DNA of 64,000 nucleotides from assembly GCA_030264375.1 (NCBI GenBank), contig JASCQW010000043.1, positions 77,879,051-77,943,050 of the forward strand. Direction: 5' to 3'. A program made the translations under genes and the position numbers. Within the stretch, counting starts at the first letter, position 1; the number at the start of each line of letters is the position of its first letter. Positions 10,446-23,399 of this stretch are shown here, piece by piece. Below the pieces are notes generated by a model that searched no databases, was not told the DNA's origin, and saw nothing but the letters and a program-made list of their open reading frames with translations. The DNA comes from Carcharhinus longimanus. Its lineage: Eukaryota.

Positions 10446-12174
10446 TACAGATAAAAGATTATTAACAGGGGGTAAATGCCAAAACTTAGGGTTAGATTTT
10501 ACATCAAACACCCTCCCGCCCACCTCAACAGAGTCCATCTTTGGCTGAGAGGTGCCAAAGTTAAGCAGGTTGCCCAGTCCACCACCATCCAGCCCAACTC
10601 TGTCTGCCATGATACGATAACTGCTAAGCAGTGAACTAGGCAGCCCATTTTACATATTTAAATAAATAATTAAAAGCCAATTGAATTTGTTACAAAGCAG
10701 GATATTATGCTGCCCATGCCATCTTATGGTTAGTTGATGGTTGGGCAGGAGAAGGCAGTTCATTTTTTGAGGCCAAGTTGAAAAAAAGGAAGGAAAGGCG
10801 GGTGACGTAATTTGGGAGGTGCCCTTTGCACATACAGGGCACCCCACCCCAAGATGTTAACCACCCCTTCATAACTCACCAACTGGGCCCCAAAATCCCT
10901 TCCCTCTTCCCTTGGCTTGGGGATTCCTCCTCACCTTAAACGCCTGGTACTTACTTACCTACCTCCGGCTGCAACACACTTTTTCCTTGCAGACCCAGCA
11001 GTGCCACTATTGGGATCGAGTGCTGCCTGGGCTTCTAGAGCTGCCAGCCGCAGCTCCCGGAGATGGATCGAGGGGTACCTACTCCCTTTGTTATGGCTGC
11101 CAGACAGGACCTTCCTCCAGGTGCCTCAGCTGCCGGACAACATTCCTTCTCCCCACCCCCATGAAATCCAAGCCTGAATCCCTTATATATTTTATTAGAT
11201 ATTTTCAAATTTATCATTGCTTTTCAAACGCCACACGCTATGCTCCTGATTTTACTGAAGAGGCTTTGGGTGAGCAATGAGCCTGGAGGGATTTTAATGC
11301 TCATGCCCATATCCAGATCTCAGCGTCCAACTGAACCCAGCTGAAGTTATTGTTTAGCCAATGAGCAGAAGCAAAAGTCCACACAGCAGAAGGTCATTAC
11401 CGGGGGCCTCTATAAATGACTCCTGGTGGTAATAAGTGGTCAAGGGGCAGTGTTGATCATAATGGGTGATAGTTATGGGCGGGGGGGGGGGGGTGGTGCA
11501 GGGATTAAATCTAAGGCAATGGAAGCATTGGATTTCCTGGTGGGCACCGCTTCTCTTCCTGATCCATGAGAAAACTTAAAATCTGATTTAAAAACGTGCC
11601 TGTCTGTGTCTCGTCTGTACTTGATTCAACTTCTGGCAGGTTTGGCATGGGGCTAAGCCATCATTGCTTTCCACTCAAGCTCCCATCAAAATAGTAGACA
11701 GGGCCTTTCTGATGTCTTCGGAACCCCATTATCATAGTTAAATAAGACCTCACCAGCTTAAGCGGGTATCCATGCTGGCTGAAGTTTAAAATTGTAGGCT
11801 GTCTAATCGGAATTGGGGAAGGAGTGGAGAAACTCCCTCTTATTTTAATTATTTCCTTTCCCATAATTGGGTGACTATGTTATGATACATCAGATTTTCA
11901 GGCAGATGTCAAGACTGGAACCTTTTGTGAATACCTCAGTAGGATGAGATGATACCAATGATCATCATAAGGGACTTGTATAATCAATTTGTATGCAAAA
12001 TTTTGGGTAAGAAGTAAAAAGTGATATCACCCAATCACCAAATTTTAGATAGTGTGACTGAAATCTCCTTGTATTGCCTATCACTCAACCAACTCTGATG
12101 TCTGACATTGTCTAGATCCACCTCTTTGTCCCACCTGTGGTGGAAGCCATTGTGATGTGGTTCAGACTTGCTTT

Positions 12175-12720
12175 TGGACAGAAAACAGAAGAAGTGTATA
12201 AGAGCAGGGAGGTTATGTTAGAACTGTACAAAACACTCGTTAGATGGCAACTAAAATATTGTATACATCTCTCATCACTGTATTAAAGGAAGAACAATAG
12301 AAAAGCTATGGTAGAGTTACACAAATGTTGCCAGGAAAATATAATTCTATTGGAGAAGATCAAATAGGCTGAGTTAATTATTTCTGAAAACATGAGGCTG
12401 AGAGGCCTAGGTGAAATGGATATGAAAGATCTATTTCTGTTAAGGGAAGGGCAGTAATTGGGGTATATAGTTAAAGCAACTGGTAGAAGGTTTGAAGGGG
12501 ATTTGGGGTAACTTTTTCATTTAGAGTGTGGCAGGGGACAGGATTTTAATGCCTGAAAGGGTGATAGAGATATAAACACTTAATATATTTAATAATATTT
12601 ATATATGAACTTGAAATGCCATAACATACAGTGTTACGGCTTAAGAGCTGAAAAGTGGGATTTGATTTGATGCCCCTTTATTTGGTTGGCAAAGAGACAT
12701 GAGCCAAATGGCCTTCGTTG
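12175..12720 (+). mobile_element. Old CR1 LINE 3' fragment
   Basis: Decayed C-terminal ORF2 (ggaggttatgttagaactgtacaaaac; ..gccaaatggcctt tail). Confidence 0.6.
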
Positions 12721-14374
12721 ATGGGGTGCCAGAATAATTCTTTGTTTTTAGAGGAGTTGGCTCTGACTCAACTCAATCCTTTGTTCAACAATATTGGCCT
12801 ATGATAATAAACAGGCAGTACCAATATTACCCCAACCAACCCACTGCATTGTGTCCTGGGACTTCCTATGGAAGCTCCATTAAAATCAAGAGTGTGCTAT
12901 TTATTCAATCTTCTCTTGTTGGTCGTGTACCTTTTCTTTCCAGTTCTCTGGAGACAGCTAGTGGCACAATCTTAATCAATATGAAAAGAATGATCATGGA
13001 AGTATTTGAAGCAGACCGGTGAAGCAGATTGAAGCTGAGCACATCATGGCTGCAAGAAGATTAGGAAATTAGGAAAATAATAGCAAACTATAATATGTGA
13101 GGGGAAAGAGACAAGTACAGCAGTGTCAGTGTTAGGATCAGTCCAGTCTCCATGCCTCATCATTTCTCTTTACACACTGCAATGAGGTTGGGGCAGGGAG
13201 ATAGTCACAAAACTGGAAAGAATTATGTGTTCCTTTCAACTATGTAAGGGCGTACCCATGGGAGAACATCTGGAAAGTGATACTTGAAGGAGTTGCCTTG
13301 CTCTTTTTGCCTAAGGCCTAAGTAGGGTGATCTGCTGGGCTTCCTTCTAACCCCAGGACACCTCCCAACTGCCTTCAAATTGAGGCCAGGTGGGAAACAG
13401 CCCTTAAATAGCCAATAATTGGTCACTTACAGGCCTCAATTGTGGTGAAGGCAGGCAGACCATTGTAAGCCTTGACCATCCTCCATAAAACTGAGGACAA
13501 TTGGACTCTCAGGAAATTTTACAGACCTCCCTTCTCCTAACTGCAAACCCACCTCACCAAGTCTCAGCCCCATTCCTGTGGTTGGCACAGGGTCACAAAT
13601 GCATGTTTAGTGACCCATTCATGAAATCCATTCTAAACAATGGTTCCTTTAAACAGAAATCCTTCCTTTAGAGAATTGACACATCATCACATCTGCCCTC
13701 TGTGATTGATGGAGGTACCTGGAAGATGGATCCTAATGCTGTGGCTTAGTTAGAGCAAGTCTCAGTAAAGCCCAAACCTTCACCATTTGAGTTTCTGATC
13801 TGCAAACATTCTGCCATTTGACAATGTCCGACACCTACAATGTGAAAAATTCATGACAGTGCTGTTCCTAATTACTGTGCTGACAATTAAAATGCAGCTC
13901 TTTATTTGTAGCTGTGAGAAATAATGGGCACAATTTAATGCACTCCCACCAGGAATTTGGAGGCGGGGGTCATTTGATTGGTGAGAAGGTGCAGGGTGTG
14001 GAACCCAATATCTTCCTGCCTCCGTCAGATGAAGTCTGCAGTGAAAGGTAATCCTCACTTGATGTTTGTTCGGTTTAACTGCAGCAAAGTTAGGTTAGCA
14101 ACCAACACGACAATCAATAAAATGCTGTAGTGGTTTGTAGCAGAGTTTCCCAGGAGATTGGGATTGTTGCTTTTCCAGATATATGTTATTGACCTGGACC
14201 TTGGTGTACAGGGCACTATTTTAAACTTTGCAGATAGTACTTAACTTAAAAGTCTTGTGATGTGTGAGAAGGATAATCCAGAACTTTTCTCACCACATTG
14301 TCCAGCAATTAGCAGAAAGAAATTCTCGAGGTGTGTCCCACGTCATCATACTGCCTGGACAGGGCCTGAAAGAG

Positions 14375-15173
14375 CCAACAGCATCAACTTTCAAGGGCAC
14401 CTGGACACATCAATGGGAACGAGGTGGAAATGGTCAAGAGTTCCAAGTTTCTAGGTGTCCAGATCACCAACAACCTGTCCTGGTCCCTCCACACTGACAC
14501 TATCGTTAAAAGCCTGCCAAAACCTTTACTTTCTCAGGAATCTTAAGGAAATTTGGCATGTCCACTGACTCTCACCAACTTTTACAGATGCACTATAGAA
14601 AGCATTCTTTCTCATAGAATCCCCACAGTGCAGAAGGAGGCCATTCAGTCCATTGAGTCTGCCCCAACTATATCCCACCCAGACCCTATTCCTGTAACCC
14701 CACATATTTGTCTAGCTAATCGCCTGACAATTTAGCTTGGCCAAACAACTAAACCGCACACCTTGGACAGTGGGAGGAAACTAGAGCACCCAGAGGAAAC
14801 CCACACAGACATGGGGAGAATGTGCGAACTGTACACAGGCAGTTACCCGAGGCTGGAATTGAATGTAGGTCCCAGGTGCTGTGAAGCTTCAATGCTAACC
14901 ATTGTCCACCATGCTGCCTTCGTTTTATCATGACTTGGTGTAGCTTCTGCTCTGTCCAAGACCACAAGAAACTACAGAGGGTCGTGAACAAAGCCCAGTC
15001 CATCGTGCAAACCGGCCTCCTATCCATTGACTCTGTCTACACTTCCCACTGCCTTGGAAAAGTAGCCAACGTAATCAAGGACCCCATGCACCCCAGATAT
15101 TCTCTCCTTCGCTTTCTTCTGTCAGGAAAAAGACATAAAAGTCTGTGGTCATGTACCAACTGACTCAAGAACA
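14375..15173 (+). mobile_element. Rex1/Babar LINE fragment interrupted by an HE1 SINE
   Basis: Homologous to 54740-55240 (ttcaagtttctaggtgtccagatcaccaacaacctgtcctggtcc; LTNFYRCTIESILS). Confidence 0.85.
14613..14918 (-). mobile_element. HE1-type V-SINE with CR1-like tail, nested in Rex1
   Basis: tRNA head (tggttagcattg), V-domain ctccccatgtctgtgtgggtttcctct, tail ctccttctgcactgtggggattctatg. Confidence 0.9.
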
Positions 15174-15659
15174 NNNNNNNNNNNNNNNNNNNNNNNNNNN
15201 NNNNNNNNNNNNNNNNNNNNNNNNNNNNNNNNNNNNNNNNNNNNNNNNNNNNNNNNNNNNNNNNNNNNNNNNNTCCAGCACTGCTACAACACTGCTTGGC
15301 CAGTTCCTCACCCCTCTATTGAACATGCTTATCCATGTGCCTTTGCCATTGTCTCTCCGTCTGGTTCATTTGTTCCAGACTTGTTATAAACTTTGCTGGC
15401 ATGACCTCACATTGGTGGGGCGGGTGTCATCCCAATGTGGGGGACAATAAAGTAGGGAAGCCCATTCATGGGATGAAAATGTATTTGAATGAGGTTCCTG
15501 GGTGGAACATCATTGCATCAACGGCAGGTGTGGGGCTGGGGACAATTGCACCAACGAGAATCTTACTGTTGGCCTCTTGCGGGATTTTTCACCCATTTTG
15601 TCACTTATGCCCATAATAAATATAAAGAACTCAAGAAAGAGTTCAGGTTCAAAAAGCTA

Positions 15660-16560
15660 TTAAGAGTACAAGAACAAGGAGGTTATGTTGAACCTGCATT
15701 AAAAATTAATTGCCTCAGCTGGAGTATTGCACCCAGTCCTGGGTGTTTCCTTTGAGGAAAGATATGATGGAATTGGAAAAAATGCAGAAAAGATTCACAA
15801 GAATGGTTCAGAGGTGAGGAACTTCAGTTATGAAGGTAGATTGGAGAAGTTGGGACTCTTTTCTTTGGAGAAGGGAAGACTGAGAGGAGATTTGATAGAG
15901 ATATTCAAAATCATGAGGCATTGACAGAGCAGGTGGGAAGAAAACATTTCCACTCATGAAAGGATCAAGAATGAGAGAACACAGACTTAAAATAATTGGC
16001 AAAAGAAGCAATAACATTTATTTATTAGTCACAAACTTACTGTGAAAATTCCCTAGTCGCCACACTCCAGCGCCTGTGCGGGTACACTGAGGGAGAATTT
16101 AGCATGGCCAATCCCCCCCACCGACCCTGCACATCTTTGGACTGTGGGAGAAAACTGGAACACCCGAAGGAAACCCATACAGTCACGGGAAGAATGCACA
16201 GACAGTGACCCAAGCCAGGAATCGAACCGGTGCCACTGGCATTGTGAGGCAGCAGTGCTAACCACTGTGCCATTGTGTTGCATGAAGAAAAGTTTTCCTA
16301 AGCAGCAAATGGTCAGGATCAGGGATGCTCTGCCTGAGAGTGTGGTAGAGGAATGTTTAGTAGAGGCATTCAAAAAGGAAATTAAACTGTTATGTCAAAA
16401 GGAAGAATGTGCATGGTTGTGGGGGTGGGGTGGGGTGGTGGGGGGGCAGGGGAAGGTGGGGAAATGGCACGAGGTGAATTTCTCATCTGGACAGCTGATG
16501 CAGGCATGATGGGCCAAATGGCCTCCTCCGGCACTATGACAATCCTGTGGTTCTGTGAAC
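15660..16560 (+). mobile_element. CR1 LINE 3' fragment split by a SINE at 16017-16281
   Basis: ORF RNFSYEGRLEKLGLFSLEKGRLRGDLIEIFKIM, resuming after the SINE with atgaagaaaagttttcc; tail gatgggccaaatggcctcct. Confidence 0.85.
16017..16281 (-). mobile_element. HE1-type V-SINE, alternative (B) tail
   Basis: Head ggcacagtggttagcactgctgcctcaca, V-domain, tail ggcgactagggaattttcacagtaag..tgtgactaataaataaa. Confidence 0.9.
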
Positions 16561-18828
16561 AGTTGATTAACTATATCCTCTGTACACCTGTGAACTTTGC
16601 TGTAACATATAGGAACAAATAGGGATCATTTTTCACAACTTGGGCGGTATGAGGAGATAATATGGAAATTAGAGATGTGAAACCTGGATTTCTGAGCCAT
16701 ATAATTATTTCATCCTGGAAAATCAGATTTGATTTTATGAGGCTCTGCAGAAGGTTTGAATCTTCCTTTGTAATAGGTGCCAGACATTAATTTCTGGAAC
16801 CTACCACAGGCAATGCAAGTCTTATTTCCACAAAATATACTTCAGTAAGATTCTATGTAGAATTTCACAACATCAGACAAAGCTCTGCCCTCAACATTCA
16901 CCCTGCTTATATAATTCTGGGTCTTCACTACTCAAATAATTGTCTTTAAAGGTTGTTCTCAATGGCTGTTCAGTTCTTACAAACATTATGGTTTGTTGTT
17001 AGATTTTGATTAATTTTGCTCGATAAATGTAGTTGGTTTTCTTGGGTCCCAATAGTTTTGTATTTGATTTTCTCTACCAACACTCTCTTTCTTTATTCTT
17101 GATTGGTGCCAACATTATTGTGAGAACGGATAAGGTGAGGGGGATGAGTCCTTAGGCATTTATATTTGTACTCTGTGATTCAGAGGTACTCGGTGATTGT
17201 GAGGGACAAGCATACGTAGGTATAAAGATACTTGAGATTTATTTTTCTGCACTTGTCAGTAAACCAGGACCTCATCTACCTAATGATAACACTTTATATC
17301 CTTAAATGTGAAGACCAATTTNNNNNNNNNNNNNNNNNNNNNNNNNNNNNNNNNNNNNNNNNNNNNNNNNNNNNNNNNNNNNNNNNNNNNNNNNNNNNNN
17401 NNNNNNNNNNNNNNNNNNNNNCAATTTCAACTGGAGTCAAAAAACATAAGTTGGTAATTTTTGCATTGCTCTGTGCAAATTACATTTACATTCCCCCATC
17501 CCCACCTCCCCCCACCACCGTTCTGCCTTTTCACTGTAACTTAGTGTTTTCTTAATTACTGCAACATTAATATTACTGTGAGCTATCAGCTCAGAATGGG
17601 CATTTCAGATTGATTACATTTTGCCCTCACAAAAACATATTTTAAACTCAAATGTGGGAGATCTGTAGGTGGAGGCTGACATATACAGGGGATTCAAAAT
17701 GAATACAAATAAGTGATGGGGCTGAATCCACACCAGGCATCTATAATTGATCTAACTATATACCTGATCTTTGTTCTCTCCATAGGGTTACAATGTAAAG
17801 TGTATGCTATGCAGAGTTTTATGTTTTGTTTTCAAGGATTAATATTCCATCCACAATTTTAATCTTTGTACATTGTTGTTTTTGGTGATGAAGCACATTG
17901 GTGAAGTACAGCAACATAAGTATTAATTATATAAGTGAAATTATGGCCATTGTGTGTTGCTTCAACCCACACAAACATTTTCAGTTCAGTATTATTCATT
18001 CCCTATTATACTTATCATATTCCACAAGGAGCAGTCCTTGATGAGACTACTCTCATGTGTCACTCATGTAATGACATTGACACGATGAGTGGGTGCATTT
18101 TTTCTAACAGCTAATTTACCTGCTTTCTAAATCATCTCCAGCCAATATGTTTCAAAGTGAAAAGCACTATCTATATTCAATGCATCTCATAATGTCCTTG
18201 GGACATGATAGAATTTTTAAAAATGGTATTCTCTAATAACTGCTTTGAATAGGTCAAATTAGATATTTTTTGCTTTAAAAGTAGATCTGGCTGACAAGCC
18301 AGTAAAGTTTACACTTATCTAAAGAAGAGCATACTTTATGAGTCATCTGGTAGTCTGTTGTGTAACATAAGGGTAGTTTTAACATTTTCTAAGAGTTGCT
18401 ACATTTTATCAGATTTTTGAATTGGTAAGGATTTTCAGAGCTGACTAAATTGTGCTTGCATTTCAAAGATGAGTCAACATCTGTGTAACTTACATACGTT
18501 TAATTGCAATTACACTTCCAGTTGCATCCTGTGTGACTTAATGTACAAAACATTAAAACATTCCTGTTCATTTAAACAGGAATCAATATGCAGGTGCTTT
18601 TTTATGAGTTGAACACACCTGCATCAAGTCTGAATTAAGATATGCAATGGTAAAGATAACTCTATTAATTCATTTAAGGTAGATTGTTCACCTATTTGAA
18701 GGAATCTTACTGCCAAGCTCACTTTCAGGTGCTGCAACAATTTAAAATGTACAATTCTGTTGCATGTCAATTTAATTTTCTTCACTTATATCTACCACCT
18801 GATACTGAATGTCCCCAAAATAGAATTG

Positions 18829-19099
18829 TAGAGTCTTAGAGCAATACAGCATGGAAACAGGCCCTTCGGCCCAACCAGTCCATGCTGACCATGCTGTCCT
18901 TCCAACTATTCCCAATTGCCCATGTTTGGCCCATATCCCTCTATTCCTTTCTCATCCATGTACTTATCTGACTGCTTTTTGAATGTTGCTATTGCACCCG
19001 CCTCAACCACATTCTCTGGCAGCTCATTCCATATACACACCATCCTCTGCGTGAAGAAGTTACCCCTCAGGTCTGTTTTAAATCTTTTCCCTCTCACCT
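18829..19099 (-). mobile_element. CR1 LINE 3' end
   Basis: ORF RGKRFKTDLRGNFFTQRMVCIWNELP...KGIEGYGP plus tail gggccgaagggcctgtttccatgctgta. Confidence 0.9.
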
Positions 19100-19498
19100 C
19101 GGTTTCCTTTCTTCCTTCCTTCTTGGTTTCTTTTTTTTCCTTTATCCCCTGTATTTTTCTCCTTTCTGTCTAAATAGGCCATGGTTAATTCTTTTTAATG
19201 TAATCCATTTAAATTTTGAACTTTATTTGGTATATATTTTCTGCTAATGCTAAATAAAATGGCATAAATAATAATGACATAAAATGAAACATTCCCACTG
19301 TAGCCAATATTTGTATGGAAGTGATAAATTTTCTATCATTCATAGTTGATGGGTGGTAAATCTTGTCTTACAGATTATAATTGTACTTGTTGCAGGTGAT
19401 ATTAATGCAGCATTTTTATCATTCTTCATATTTCTAATTTCGAACATATAAGTTAAAAAATTTTAGACCTAGGATTCGGAACACAATATTTTAGATTG

Positions 19499-19689
19499 TG
19501 GCCAGAACTTTCTAACTGTTCACGCCTGTCAACAGCACATCTGTTTTGCAGGTTACACAGCGGCGAGAGGTAGATCCAATAGCAAATCCCATTGATAGCA
19601 GTGGGACCAGAAGATCCCACTGCCATCCAATGGTGGGCCACTTCCTGCTGCTGAGAAACATGCCGCGGGGAGGCCAGAAAATCCTACCC
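19499..19689. mobile_element. Short MITE-like element (probable PIF/Harbinger derivative)
   Basis: Imperfect TIRs ggccagaactttct...agaaaatcctaccc; internal homology to 44097-44304. Confidence 0.5.
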
Positions 19690-20127
19690 TGTGCCTTTAT
19701 TTGAAAATGAGGCTTGTTCAATTTTGTGAAATTTCTGTTAAGTTTGAGATCAAAGGATTAAAAGTGCAAATAAACAAAAAGATTACTTGAGGAGTGATTA
19801 ATTCAGGATTTCTCTCTGTTCCTTTATGAAAAGTCTCAAGTGTTTCTTTATTCAACCTCTGTAAAGGCCCAGATGAAATGACTCATTGGTATGTCCACAT
19901 TATTGCAGTTGCATATGAAGCCTTAAAGCATATTCCAAAGTATGTTATGAATCATAGATTGAAGACCTTGAAATAAATTATCATTTTTCGTGTAAAAATC
20001 AAAATAATGCAGATACTGCAAATCTGATATAAGATCAACAAAATCTGGAAACATATTCCCTCACTGTATTAAAGTATGAAATTAACATACATTCTTATCT
20101 ATCAGAAAAGGGAAGGAATATAAATCT

Positions 20128-20178
20128 GTATAACATATAATATATTATATAATATATAAATATATATATAAATATAAG
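20128..20178. repeat. AT-rich (TA)n-like low-complexity tract
   Basis: tataacatataatatattatataatatataaatatatatataaatata. Confidence 0.8.
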
Positions 20179-20189
20179 TAGGGATGGTC

Positions 20190-21660
20190 ATTCAATAAGG
20201 TCTCACAAAAAAACTACTATCATAGAATCCTACAGTGCAAAAGGAGGCCATTCAGCCCATCGAGTTTGTACTGACCACAATCCCACCCAGGCCCTATCCC
20301 CATAACCCCATGCATTTACCCTGCTGGAGCCTCTGAAACTAAGGGACAATTTAGTATTGTCAATCCACCTAACCAGCACATTTTTGGACTGTGGGAGGAG
20401 ACCAGAACATCTGGAGGAAACTCACTCAAACATGGGGAGAACATGCAAACTCCATACAGCCAGTGGCCCAATCTGGGAATCGAACCTGGGTCCTTGGCAC
20501 TGTGAGGCAGCAGTGCTAACCACTGTGCCACTCCTGCTATATAAAGTTAAAGCACATGGGATTGCAGGTAATGTATTGAGATGGATGGAAAGCTGGTTAG
20601 CAAAGGAAGAAAAGAGTTGGTATAAATGGGTCCTTTTCAGATTGGTAGTCAGTAACCATTGGGGTTCTGTAGGGATCTGTGCTAAGACCCCAACAGTTCG
20701 TATTAAATATTAATGATTTGGAAGAGGGAACTGAATGTATTATCTCCAAGTTTGCAGATGATACAAAGCTGGGGAGAGGATGAGCTACGGAAGATGCAGA
20801 GATGCTTCAGCATGATTTGGACATGCTGAGTGTGTAGGCATATGCATGGCAGATGCAGTATAATGTGGATAAATGTGAGGTTATCCACTTTGGTAGCAAT
20901 AATAGGAAGATAGATTATTACTTCAATGGGTGTAAATTGAGAGATTTGGATACTCAACGAGACCTATGAGTCCTCGTGCATCAGTCACTGAAAGTAAATG
21001 CACACATACATCAGGCAGTAAAGAAAGCAAATGGTATGTTGGCCTTCATAGTGAGAGGATTTGAGTACAGGGATAGGGATGTTTTGCTTTGGGCGTTGGT
21101 GAGGCCACACCTGGACTACTGTGTGTAGTTTTGGCGTCCTCCTCTGAGGAAGGATGTCCTTGCTATAGAGGGAGTGCAGCAAAGCTTTACCAGGCTGATT
21201 CCTGGGATGGCAGGTCTGTCAAATGAGGAGAGGCTAAGTCAGTTAGGATTATATTCTCTGGAGTTTAAAAGAGTGAGAGGGGATCTCATAGAGACTTATA
21301 AAATTTTAACAGGGTTAGACAGGGTAGATTTAGAAAGAATGTTCCCAATGTTGGGGCAAGTCCAGAAATAGGAGTCATAGTTTGAGGATGAGGGGTAAAC
21401 CTTTTAGAACTGAGATGAAGAGAAATATCTTCACCCAGAGAGTGGTGAGTGCGTGGAATTCACTGCCACAATGTAGTTGAGACCAAAATGTTGTCTGATT
21501 GCAAGAAGAAATTAGATACAGCTCTTGGGGCTAAAGGGATCAAGGGATATGGGGGGGAAGGGGGGTATCAGGATATTGAATCGATGATCAGCCATGATCA
21601 AAATGAATGGCGGAGCAGGCTCGAATGGCCACCTCCTGCTTCTAGTTTCTATGTTCCTAT
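20190..21660 (+). mobile_element. HER1-type CR1 LINE, 5'-truncated (RT domain to 3' tail)
   Basis: KVKAHGIAGNVLRWMESWL; ISKFADDTKL; FTRLIPGM...ERL..LGLYSLEF.RVRGDLIETYKIL; tail cctcctgcttctagtttctatgtt. Confidence 0.9.
20219..20530 (-). mobile_element. HE1-type V-SINE (CR1-like tail) inserted in a CR1 LINE
   Basis: Complete head, V-domain and tail; flanked by near-duplicates ctactat/ctgctat. Confidence 0.9.
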
Positions 21661-21769
21661 TTAGACTTCCTTCTAATTTCTAATTTATGCAGAAGAGATT
21701 TCATTGATTATCTTGTGACCTGCTGAGAGAAAATAATTTGACATGGAGGGAACTAAAACTAGATTAAAA

Positions 21770-22014
21770 ATAGACAATGTTCCCATTAAGACAGAGATGA
21801 GGAGACTTTTTCTCCTAAAGTGTCGTTAACTGTGTGGAATTCCCTTTCCCAGTAAGTAGTAGAGGTCGGGTTTTTGAACTTATTTAAGGCTGGGAGGGAG
21901 GGTTATGGAGGGGGGTGGGGTGCAGACAAGAAAGTGGAGTTGAAACCACACCCAGATCAGCCATGACTGTAGTGAATGGTGGGGTAGGCTGGTAGGGCCT
22001 ATTCCTGCTCCTAT
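21770..22014 (+). mobile_element. CR1 LINE 3' fragment
   Basis: taagacagagatgaggag...cagatcagccatga...cctattcctgctcctat. Confidence 0.7.
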
Positions 22015-22165
22015 GACACTGGAGTAAATCACTTTCTCCTCTTCAAAATGGTGCCATGAGATTGTTTACATGAACTCAAACTGCCAGATGGGGTCTCGGG
22101 CAGAAAGACTGCTTCTTAGAGAATGCCACTCTCCTCTAGTGCTGTGTTCAGCACTCCCCCAGTGC
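22015..22165 (-). mobile_element. Deu-domain SINE remnant
   Basis: ctcctcttcaaaatggtgccatgagat..ttacat..cagatggggtctcgg resembles the reverse complement of the Deu core. Confidence 0.45.
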
Positions 22166-22299
22166 CTTGCCCCCCACAGTGCCGCGCTCACCCAGTGCCN
22201 NNNNNNNNNNNNNNNNNNNNNNNNNNNNNNNNNNNNNNNNNNNNNNNNNNNNNNNNNNNNNNNNNNNNNNNNNNNNNNNNNNNNNNNNNNNNNNNNNNN

Positions 22300-23111
22300 A
22301 ATGTGGATAAATGTGAGGTTATCCACTTTGGTAGCAATAATAGGAAGATAGATTATTACTTGAATGGGTGTAAATTAAGAGAGGTGGAAACTCAACAAGA
22401 CCTTCGTGTCCTCGTGCATCAGTTACTGAAAGTAAGTGCAAAGGTACAGTAGGCAGTAAAGAAGGCAAATGGTATGTTGGCCTTCATAGCAAGAGGACTT
22501 GAGTATATGGAAAAAGATATTTTGCTATAATTGTATAGGCATTGGTGAAGCCACACCTGGAGTTTTGTGTGCTGTTTTGGTGTCCTTATCTGAAGAAGGA
22601 TGTATTTGCTACAGGGGGATACAGTGTAAGTTTACCAGGCTGATCCCTATGATGGCAAGTCTGTCATGTAAGGAGAGACTAAGTCAGTTAGGATTATATT
22701 CACCAGACTTTAGAAGAGTGTAAGTGGCTCTCATAGAATTATAAAATTCTAACTGGGTTAGACAGGGTAGATTCAGAAAGAATGTTCCCACGAGTGGAGG
22801 AGTCCAGAACTAGGGGGTCATAGCTTGAGGATAAGGGGTAAACCTTTTAGAATTGAGGTGAGGAGAAATTTCTTCACCTAAGGGTGGTGAATATGTGGTA
22901 TTCACTATGACAGAATGTAGTTGAGGCCAAAACATTGTCTGATTTCAAGAAGAAATTAGATATAGCTCTAGAGACTAAAGGGATCAAGAGATGAGGGTGG
23001 AAGGGGGGATCAAGATATTGAATTTGATGATCATCCATGATCAAAATGAATGGCGGAACAGACCCGAAGGGTCGATGGGCCTACTCCCTCCTTCTAGTTT
23101 ATATGTTTCTA
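22300..23111 (+). mobile_element. HER1-type CR1 LINE 3' fragment, same subfamily as 20860-21660
   Basis: NVDKCEVIHFGSNNR...; near-identical start to 20862; tail cctactccctccttctagtttatatgtttctatg. Confidence 0.9.
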
Positions 23112-23395
23112 TGACTTCTGGCACAGTTGGTAGTGGCCCTGCCTCTGGATTAGAACCTCCAGATCTGAGTCCTTCCTCAGGACTTGTTGGCCAAGGAAGG
23201 TGCTTTCAATGCAACTAATCAGTTTGAGATATCAACCTGTAAATTCTTCCAATGCTCAGCAATGATAAGCGTAAGATCAGGAGAGATTTGTAGACACCAT
23301 GTGATGGAAAGAATGTTGGAGCCTTTACCATTATTAACTGTAGTTATAGGCTACAACATGTATGTCAAAGTTGCTAAGCAACTCCATGAGTGAAC
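23112..23395 (+). mobile_element. Old tRNA-derived SINE, unassigned family (copy 1)
   Basis: A-box-like tggcacagttggtag and shared blocks with 37345-37635. Confidence 0.55.
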
Positions 23396-23399
23396 TGTG

